In this document: positions 56,834 through 64,000 of the stretch, piece by piece
Layout: each line of letters opens with the position of its first letter
Position numbering within the stretch: position 1 is the stretch's first letter
NCBI GenBank assembly: GCA_026461075.1
Contig: JAPJNH010000051.1
Location: 1,816 to 65,815 of the forward strand
Direction of reading: 5' to 3'
Length of the DNA stretch: 64,000 nt
DNA from: Chitinophagales bacterium
GTDB lineage: Bacteria; Bacteroidota; Bacteroidia; Chitinophagales; CAIODY01
Notes under the pieces: model-generated
Databases searched by the model: none
Told to the model about the DNA's origin: nothing
What the model saw: the letters and a program-made list of their open reading frames with translations, nothing else
Made by a program: the position numbers and the translations under genes

Positions 56834-57906
56834 TATGCTTTTTGCATTAAAGCCTGAACAATTTTTTCTCCTGCTTTCGCATCACCATATAAGGCCAAAC
56901 TGAAATCGGCTTTTCTAGAAGGCAAGGCGCGGTAAGCGCTTAAGATGCGCTCAGTATCGGAGCCGGTGATTTCATTGAAGCCATTATTGACCAATTCAAC
57001 CCACTCCGTTTGCTCACGCAAGGTGATACAATGTTTAGCAAAGAAATACGCTTCCTTTTGCAAGCCTCCACTATCGGTCATCACAAAGCGACAATTCTTC
57101 AACAATTCAATCATATCGAAATAGCCTACTGGATCAATCATGGTGAAATCAACTTGTAAGTTGTTCTTTGCAATAATCTGACGCGTACGTGGATGAATAG
57201 GCAAGACAATATTCACCTCCTTACTAATCTGATTCAGCGCAGCTAAAATCGATTTCAAATTTTCAATATTATCGGTATTCTCTGCACGATGTAAGGTGCA
57301 TAATACAAAAGAGTCTTTAGCAAATTGTTTAGCCACTTGTGCTCTTTCTTCTGACATGGTTGCATAATACATCGCCGCATCATACATTACGTCTCCGACA
57401 TTTAGCATCGGTATACCGATATGTTGATATCCTTCACTCAATAAATTATCGATAGCTGTCTGTGTAGGGCAAAACAACCAGTTAGAAATGCGATCTGTCA
57501 GGATGCGATTCACTTCTTCGGGCATGCGCATATTAAAGCTACGTAAGCCAGCTTCAACATGTGCGACAGGGATATGCAATTTCACCGCAGCAAGTGCTCC
57601 CGCAAGCGTTGAATTGGTATCACCATAGACTAATACTGCATCTGGCTTTTCAGCAACAAGAATCTTTTCAATACCCTCTAACATTTGGCCAGTCATGGCA
57701 CCGTGATTCAAGCCATGAATATTCAAATTAAAAGATGGTTTTGGAATCGACATTTCATCGAAGAAAACATCACTCATATTCGCATCAAAATGCTGACCTG
57801 TGTGAATGATTAATTCTTCAATCCCTGCTTGTTGTTGAATGGCTCTACTGACTACAGCAGCTTTTACAAATTGCGGACGAGCGCCAATGACGGTTATTAT
57901 TTTCAT
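56833..57906 (-). CDS. wecB: UDP-N-acetylglucosamine 2-epimerase (non-hydrolysing)
   Basis: MKIITVIGARPQFVKAA...HTGQHFD...VYGDTNSTLAGALAA...HVEAGLRS...DSGGLQKEA. Confidence 0.9.
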   Translation of the reverse strand: MKIITVIGARPQFVKAAVVSRAIQQQAGIEELIIHTGQHFDANMSDVFFDEMSIPKPSFNLNIHGLNHGAMTGQMLEGIEKILVAEKPDAVLVYGDTNSTLAGALAAVKLHIPVAHVEAGLRSFNMRMPEEVNRILTDRISNWLFCPTQTAIDNLLSEGYQHIGIPMLNVGDVMYDAAMYYATMSEERAQVAKQFAKDSFVLCTLHRAENTDNIENLKSILAALNQISKEVNIVLPIHPRTRQIIAKNNLQVDFTMIDPVGYFDMIELLKNCRFVMTDSGGLQKEAYFFAKHCITLREQTEWVELVNNGFNEITGSDTERILSAYRALPSRKADFSLALYGDAKAGEKIVQALMQKA

Positions 57907-59144
57907 TTATTAACTAATTCAGAAGGTGAAGGTGTTTCTGGTCGTGGACCATTAAACAAAAGTAAGAGTAGTATTCCAAAAGCGAAAATTCCCGCTTGTG
58001 TTTGCAACATCGATTCGAATAAAAAATTGAACATAAACAGCCACACAAAAATCAACAACAACTTATTTCGTCTCTTGATACCGCGATAAATGGCCATTGA
58101 AAAACCAATCAATAACCATAGTGGTCCCCAGATTCCAAATTTAACGGCTTCTTCCAAATACTGATTATGTGCGTTTAATCGCTTTTCAACTAAAATATCT
58201 AAATGTTGTGCCTTATAAATCTCAACCGACAAGTTACGGCTATCTCCGGTACCGTGACCGATCAATGGACTTTGTTGGAACAGTTGCCAAGCAGTCTTCC
58301 AAGTCATGGTACGTTGTGCGTTGCTATCATCAGAAGAAACTGTTGTATCCACCTTTTGATGGGTTAACATTTCTTTAATCATTCCTTGCAATTTATGAAC
58401 GCGCGGATTGAAAATAAATAAAGCAACAAAGGCAAGTAAAATAAGAACGCCTACTTTCCAACGCCACTTTTTTGCCATTCGATTCAACACTAAAAACACG
58501 ATTACAGGGAAGGCTGCGAGTAAAGCAGCTTTTGAAGAATACACAAATAAGGTAACGAGAAGGAAGATGAATCCAGTAACTGCCATCCAATTCGGACGCT
58601 TTTTATGTTGTATCAAAAGTATTCCCATTGCTATTAGCAAATAGACCGATGCATAGGTAGGATGCAAACATTTTGAAAAATCACTATAGACTGGAAAGCC
58701 TTTAATATTCGCTTCACAGTATAGGCCGTTCCAAAAAACATAGAAACCTTTCATCCAACAAAAAATGGCAGCTAAAAAATTACCGAACATAAAAGCCGTC
58801 AACATTCTTTCACGAATCGATTTCCAAATATTGACGTGCAAGGCAAATAAAAGCGGCAACAATAAAAACAAGAGACGCTGCTGTACTTGAAACCAGCCTT
58901 CATTACGATCATCTGTATAAAGTATCCCTATTAGATAAAGCGCAAAGCCACTCATCAACCAACTATTAATCGGCATGAATGCTTTTTTAATAGAATGTGG
59001 CTGACGAATAAAAAACTGTAATGAATCAATTGAAAGCAATACTAAAATCAAATTAGAGACATGACCTCCTAATGGCATTGACAAAAGGAAGGCAATGGCC
59101 CAAAATTTAATTCGTTGTGTATCGTTCAATAGAAACTTTAACAT
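57903..59144 (-). CDS. O-antigen ligase/polymerase-family membrane protein (Wzy_C-like)
   Basis: About 10 TM helices with a periplasmic loop containing GHGTGDS...NAHNQYLEEAVKFGIWG. Confidence 0.7.
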   Translation of the reverse strand: MLKFLLNDTQRIKFWAIAFLLSMPLGGHVSNLILVLLSIDSLQFFIRQPHSIKKAFMPINSWLMSGFALYLIGILYTDDRNEGWFQVQQRLLFLLLPLLFALHVNIWKSIRERMLTAFMFGNFLAAIFCWMKGFYVFWNGLYCEANIKGFPVYSDFSKCLHPTYASVYLLIAMGILLIQHKKRPNWMAVTGFIFLLVTLFVYSSKAALLAAFPVIVFLVLNRMAKKWRWKVGVLILLAFVALFIFNPRVHKLQGMIKEMLTHQKVDTTVSSDDSNAQRTMTWKTAWQLFQQSPLIGHGTGDSRNLSVEIYKAQHLDILVEKRLNAHNQYLEEAVKFGIWGPLWLLIGFSMAIYRGIKRRNKLLLIFVWLFMFNFLFESMLQTQAGIFAFGILLLLLFNGPRPETPSPSELVNK

Positions 59145-60397
59145 TAGGAATTATTTTTAGAACGGAATTTAGAAAACTGCGTCTCTACCAAAGATTGGAG
59201 ATACTCGATTTGGTAACGGCGATGTAATTGAGCCACTTTCTCTCTATCACTTTCAAAGTTTTGCTTTTGTTCCCAATGCTGATAGGCTTTTGCAATGGCC
59301 TCACTTATTTCATCAATATGATCAAAGTGGGCAATATAACCACCTTTACAATCACGTATTAAATCCGCTGCGACGTCACTTGGATCTACTACTGCAATGA
59401 TTGGTTTACAAGCAGCAAGGTAGTCGAACAATTTCCCTGAATAAACACCTCTTGCTTCTAGAATAGGCAGCAATAATAAATTAGCGTCTGCGATTTCTTG
59501 TTGCTTACAAGCCTCTGCATTACTACACTTAGGAAGAAATTCAATTTGAATTCTTGGATGTTGCGGGTAAGAGAAATTATGACTAGTTCCAATAAAACGC
59601 ATTAAAATTTTAGCAGATTTATTTTTCTCTAAAAAATCAAGCATCCCTTGAAAGAAGCTGGTCGGTTTTCTTGCACCGTAAAAAGTACCGGCATAGACAA
59701 TCGTAAAGACTGGATTAAAACTATAACCCTCTATTGAAGGTAAGTCGAGATTATGTCCGTTGCGTATTTCCGCTACGATAGGCACTTGGGGCAATAGTGT
59801 TTTGAAATCATCCACAATCGGATGACTTACCGAAGTTGCTATTTGCGCATAGTTATTAATCCAAGACTCCACTTGGAGATATTGTCTTCGGGACTTCTCA
59901 TCGATATGCGGATTCTTCGAAAGCTCATCACGCGAATCAGCTACCCAAAATACGTCGGAATGTAATTGGCAGAATTCTTTCGCGACCCAATGCGGTTCGA
60001 TAGGAAAAGCAGAACTGATAATGACATCTATCGGAGATTGCGCATGTATTTGCTGCAACTCTTGTAAGGCACGCTTCGCCCAATCCATTTGACGATTTGG
60101 CACTAATTTATTCACTACAATGTTCCACGCCACTTTACTATAGTGCAACCATTTAGGATCTCCAGGGATCGTAGGCCAGATATCGATAAGCGGTTTATTC
60201 GGCAAGCGAATGATATTCGTTCCCGAAGCATTCTGTTCCTTGGCAAGCACTTTATCCTCTGCTAGTAAAGTGATAACATTAAACGTAGCACCTTCTTTCT
60301 TCCAATACATTTCAATCGCTTCCATCCTATTTACAGCAACGCCATTCATGGGAGGAAACCATGTGGTCAACAAAACTATATTACGTGGCTTACTCAT
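59144..60397 (-). CDS. Glycosyltransferase (GT4-like)
   Basis: Position in the glycan operon, a two-Rossmann GT-B-like length (417 aa), and the N-terminus NIVLLTTWFPPMNGVAVNR. Confidence 0.55.
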   Translation of the reverse strand: MSKPRNIVLLTTWFPPMNGVAVNRMEAIEMYWKKEGATFNVITLLAEDKVLAKEQNASGTNIIRLPNKPLIDIWPTIPGDPKWLHYSKVAWNIVVNKLVPNRQMDWAKRALQELQQIHAQSPIDVIISSAFPIEPHWVAKEFCQLHSDVFWVADSRDELSKNPHIDEKSRRQYLQVESWINNYAQIATSVSHPIVDDFKTLLPQVPIVAEIRNGHNLDLPSIEGYSFNPVFTIVYAGTFYGARKPTSFFQGMLDFLEKNKSAKILMRFIGTSHNFSYPQHPRIQIEFLPKCSNAEACKQQEIADANLLLLPILEARGVYSGKLFDYLAACKPIIAVVDPSDVAADLIRDCKGGYIAHFDHIDEISEAIAKAYQHWEQKQNFESDREKVAQLHRRYQIEYLQSLVETQFSKFRSKNNS

Positions 60398-61314
60398 CCG
60401 ACTGTATTAATGGTTTGCAGAAAACCGTTTAGTACCGTTTGCTTGTTAAACTGTTTTCCGATAGCTAATTGACGTTCTAGATCAGAATGTAATTGACGAC
60501 TTTTAATATTTTCTATTGCTTTCTCCATAAGAGGATTAAACGATTTCCCTTCCTTCCAATGCATGACATACTCAGGCATCGGCGTTGTCCAAATCACCTC
60601 CGCTCCGTAAGCTAAAGCTTCTAAAACAGACAATGAGAAACCATCATGTTGTGGCAATCGCAAGAAAATGGCGCATTGCTGATATAATGTAGTAAGCCTG
60701 TCTTTATCAATCCAACCCAAACATGTTACATTCTCAGGTAATTGCAAGGAAGCGCCATCCGTCCCCACTAAAATAAATTTCAAAGAAGGGAAATCAATAG
60801 CAGCTTGACGAATCGTTTGCCAACCGTAGAAATCCTCCTTTCCTTTCGCCACATAACTCAATACTTGGATACTTGCGTAGGACTGCTGTTTCAAAGACTC
60901 TACAGGAAGCCATTTGAAATACGTGTGCACATGTTGAATGTTCAACTGCAACAATTCTTCCGACAGCAGATTAGAGTCGGTGGCATTACAGGCATAGTCG
61001 ATATACTTTCTAGAAATCGTTTGCTTTTGCTGGCGCTCTATAGCAAGCAGAACATCTGTGCCACTCCATAGTAACATTAATTTCTTACGGAGACGAATTA
61101 CCCAGTTTAAGGCACTACTGTTATCAGTCACCCCATTCACCGAAATGCACATACCTGCGAATGGTAACAGCAAGAAAAATTTCAACTTATCGAATCGACT
61201 GTAATAGGTATTGCAAAAAACAAATTTGTGTTCTGATTGAAATGAATTCATATCATTGACAATTTGCTTTGCAAACAGCGGTAATCCATTAACCAATACT
61301 AACATCGCGATCAT
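60394..61314 (-). CDS. Glycosyltransferase (GT1/GT4 C-terminal domain)
   Basis: LVGTDG...LGWIDKDRLTTLYQQCAIFLRLPQHDGFSLSVLEALAYGAEVI resembles a Glycos_transf_1 domain. The start may instead be ATG 61305. Confidence 0.55.
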   Translation of the reverse strand: MIAMLVLVNGLPLFAKQIVNDMNSFQSEHKFVFCNTYYSRFDKLKFFLLLPFAGMCISVNGVTDNSSALNWVIRLRKKLMLLWSGTDVLLAIERQQKQTISRKYIDYACNATDSNLLSEELLQLNIQHVHTYFKWLPVESLKQQSYASIQVLSYVAKGKEDFYGWQTIRQAAIDFPSLKFILVGTDGASLQLPENVTCLGWIDKDRLTTLYQQCAIFLRLPQHDGFSLSVLEALAYGAEVIWTTPMPEYVMHWKEGKSFNPLMEKAIENIKSRQLHSDLERQLAIGKQFNKQTVLNGFLQTINTVG

Positions 61315-62563
61315 GTTTTAGGATTAACGAATAATACCAAACTACCAGTGATAGATAATACACCACTAGAACGCAGGCATAGGCTAATAGTGCAAATTGA
61401 AATTGCCAATGTAGATGTGCTGTCAAATACAAAGCCGACAAGCTGAGTGCATAGCCACTAAGACTGAATACATAGGCCCAGCGTTGTTTATTGAACAAGA
61501 GTGGCGAACTGGATATCGCGGAAGTGATAAAGTTGCTTATAATGGCGGGCAACAAAAACTTCGCATAGACGCCAGCATTACGCCATTTTTCACCGAGGTA
61601 TAATGCAAAAATATCAGGACCCCAAATTAAGATTACCACAGTAACAGGAATTAATACCAACAACATCAATTTCTGGGTACGAAGGAAAATCGGTTTGATG
61701 GAACGTTTCTGCGCAAGTAAAGAACCGGCTTCACGATAATATAATTGCGCCAAGGTACCGCTTACCAGTGCTAAGGGCGCTCTTAAATAACGATTCATCA
61801 AGGCAAACATTCCTAAAGCGGTTAATCCAAAATGAGTGGAGATAATTCCGAGAAGCAAAAAAGAAGTCGCGACTAGATCTGTAAACGCATGCAAAGAATT
61901 AATCATAGGAAAATCCTTATACTTTCTCCCCTCTTCCATCATGACTTCCCACTTTGCCTCTTGCCAATTTACTTTACGCATCGACTGAAAGCCCATCACT
62001 ATAACGGGCACTAGTGCTCCGATAAGCCATGCGAACAACAATCCATTTACGCCTGCCGCAAGATAACCTGCAATCGCATAGCCACCATTTTGAATGAAGG
62101 ATTGTAAAATACGAACCCAAGAAATTTTTGCATACTCTCCTTCGCGTAGTAGCCATTGTGTGATTACCGACTGAAGCGCTAACAAACTTATTGCGATTCC
62201 AAGAAAGAATAAATGCGGACGCAGTTTATTGTCTTTGAAAAAAAATAAAATGGGCTGCGGGAACAAACCTAATATAGTTCCCAAAAAAGCGAAGGTTAAA
62301 ACTAAAATTAAAGCAAGCGACAAAAGATTTATCGCCTTCTTTTTATCATCTTCTAAAACAAAAGCGATTTCATAACGCCCTGCAGCAATGATTGCGAACA
62401 TTCCTGCCACCGATAAGAAACTTTCTTGAATACCAATTTGCTCTGGCGTAAAAAGACGTGCTACTATCGGAGCGAAAATAAACGGAACTAACTGTCCGAT
62501 TGTATTACCAGAAAATAGTTTAATGAAATTTTTAAAATATTGCTTTTGTTCTACCTGATTCAT
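61289..62563 (-). CDS. Wzx-type oligosaccharide flippase (polysaccharide biosynthesis protein family)
   Basis: 424 aa, about 12 TM helices, with the N-terminus ...FSGNTIGQLVPFIFAPIVARLFTPEQIG typical of Wzx/PST transporters. Confidence 0.7.
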   Translation of the reverse strand: MNQVEQKQYFKNFIKLFSGNTIGQLVPFIFAPIVARLFTPEQIGIQESFLSVAGMFAIIAAGRYEIAFVLEDDKKKAINLLSLALILVLTFAFLGTILGLFPQPILFFFKDNKLRPHLFFLGIAISLLALQSVITQWLLREGEYAKISWVRILQSFIQNGGYAIAGYLAAGVNGLLFAWLIGALVPVIVMGFQSMRKVNWQEAKWEVMMEEGRKYKDFPMINSLHAFTDLVATSFLLLGIISTHFGLTALGMFALMNRYLRAPLALVSGTLAQLYYREAGSLLAQKRSIKPIFLRTQKLMLLVLIPVTVVILIWGPDIFALYLGEKWRNAGVYAKFLLPAIISNFITSAISSSPLLFNKQRWAYVFSLSGYALSLSALYLTAHLHWQFQFALLAYACVLVVYYLSLVVWYYSLILKHDRDVSIG

Positions 62564-62564
62564 C

Positions 62565-63986
62565 CTAAACTTCTTTTGTCTTATTAAATTCAGGAACCAT
62601 CACAAGAATAATCAACAACCACCATCCAATATTCAAATTTAAATAAGCGGATGGAACATTCAACAAGCACGGTAAAACCAACATAAACAAACAATGCCAG
62701 TAAAACAATTCATAGTCTTTATTTTGTTTGCTAACTAGATAATACTCGCGCCATAGGTAAACAAAGAAAGCCAACAACAAAACAATCATGAGCACACCAT
62801 ACTCTACGGCAATCTCTGCAAAAGCATTGTGCGGATTCGTAACAGTGGTAGTAGGATAACGAGTAAAGCCATTTTCATAATACCAAGAGTATTGTCCTGG
62901 TCCAACACCAATCCCCTTTGATAGTTGAATTAAATCCCAAGAGTTTTTATTTAGATTAATTCTGATCTGCGTTGAAGGCATTGCAGTACGACCTTTAAAA
63001 TGTCTGTATCCCGCTACTACGCTATCCAAAGGAATGATTTTAGCTAAGCTATCCCCGCGGATAAATTCAACTTGCTTTGTAACTACATCATATTTTGCTC
63101 CAGCGATTTCATTCAAGGTGTATTGTGGACTCTTCTTCCACATTGGTCCCAAAAATATAGGAAAGGTAAGAAACACCGTAGCTCCGAAGGCTAATGTCAA
63201 AATACTCGCCGCTAGTAAAACCTTTTGACGAGCCATCCATTCTTTTCCGAACATCAATAACACATACCCTATCATCATGAAAGAGATGATTATACCAAAT
63301 CTAGAGTCTGCCACTTCGGCAAAGAAAAACAATAGCATGGTAAAACCGAGTAAGACCGATATATTCTTACGGAGTTTTTCATTTAGATAAAGAAATAGAA
63401 AAACACTCGACAACAGATAAACCATGTAGTTGTTCGGATTATCATAAAAGGCCATTGGAGCATAGGTAAAATCACCAATAGGCTCTTTCATAATCTTCAC
63501 CGTCTGTGCACCTACCAAATGTATTCCTGTTAGGTACTCAAAGAAGCCACAAACGATTAAGAAAAACAACATCACTTGTACGGCATTATTGAGCCAATGA
63601 CGTAATTGCGCAAGAGGCATCACTTGCCAAACTCGAAATACAAGAAGAAGATGTAACCAAAGAAAAAGAATACTGCGTACCGCATACAAGGCGCGGTGTT
63701 TGTCGTGCACCTTCAATAACAACAAAAATGCAACCACAACCCATACACTCGCTAAACCTAGCAACAGTTTAAAATTCAAGGGCAATATTTTCTTATCACC
63801 AGGTATAAGAAAACTAAAAAAAACACCTCCGAGAACCCCTAAAAAATAAGGATAGATAGTAATAGGTCCTGTTTTGACAGGAAGAAAATAAGCATCGAAA
63901 GGTATCAATAATAGCACTAGAGACAGACACAAATAAAGCGCCTTTTGAGCCCAATGCATACCCTTGGAAAAACGGTAAAAATCCAT
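62565..63986 (-). CDS. Second O-antigen ligase/polymerase-like membrane protein
   Basis: Polytopic, with a large loop (residues ~285-390) and the motif NPHNAFAEIAVEYGVLM analogous to the Wzy_C/O-antigen-ligase motif. Confidence 0.6.
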   Translation of the reverse strand: MDFYRFSKGMHWAQKALYLCLSLVLLLIPFDAYFLPVKTGPITIYPYFLGVLGGVFFSFLIPGDKKILPLNFKLLLGLASVWVVVAFLLLLKVHDKHRALYAVRSILFLWLHLLLVFRVWQVMPLAQLRHWLNNAVQVMLFFLIVCGFFEYLTGIHLVGAQTVKIMKEPIGDFTYAPMAFYDNPNNYMVYLLSSVFLFLYLNEKLRKNISVLLGFTMLLFFFAEVADSRFGIIISFMMIGYVLLMFGKEWMARQKVLLAASILTLAFGATVFLTFPIFLGPMWKKSPQYTLNEIAGAKYDVVTKQVEFIRGDSLAKIIPLDSVVAGYRHFKGRTAMPSTQIRINLNKNSWDLIQLSKGIGVGPGQYSWYYENGFTRYPTTTVTNPHNAFAEIAVEYGVLMIVLLLAFFVYLWREYYLVSKQNKDYELFYWHCLFMLVLPCLLNVPSAYLNLNIGWWLLIILVMVPEFNKTKEV

Positions 63987-64000
63987 ACTATAAAAATACT

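Overview
This is a densely packed core-chromosome window from a gliding-type Bacteroidota; I cannot assign the class by eye. The phylum call rests on gldH, two T9SS cargo proteins with C-terminal sorting domains, SprB-type repeats, and TAnnTTTG -7 promoter boxes upstream of many genes. I count about 57 protein genes, mostly housekeeping: infB 3' end, cdsA, ftsK, truA, ahcY, metF, purL, kynU, a relA/spoT homologue, mpl, prfC, gyrA, ychF, ndk, recQ, prs and queG. There is also one SRP (4.5S) RNA gene at 50639-50731, about a dozen clear intrinsic terminators, and a minus-strand O-antigen/EPS-type glycan operon from 55604 to the right edge. I saw no rRNA, tRNA, CRISPR array, transposase, integrase, phage gene or recognisable defence gene. 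I did not find a convincing, wholly novel multi-gene system. The best leads, all modest, are these. (1) An alpha-oxoamine synthase lies tail-to-tail with a tight kynU-aminotransferase-reductase-reductase operon, which may be a sphingoid or sulfonolipid long-chain-base module. (2) A seven-haem cytochrome c is fused to TPR repeats and carries a lipoprotein signal. (3) A 250-bp ORF-free region at 45160-45408 holds nested direct and inverted repeats. (4) A recurrent -7 box / 4 nt / start codon geometry predicts leaderless mRNAs for at least five genes, and the SRP RNA 5' helix shows the same spacing. (5) There are several candidate operators and translationally coupled odd gene pairs. Many six-frame ORF starts are N-terminal over-extensions and are trimmed below. 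All functional calls come from reading the translations, since no searches were run.
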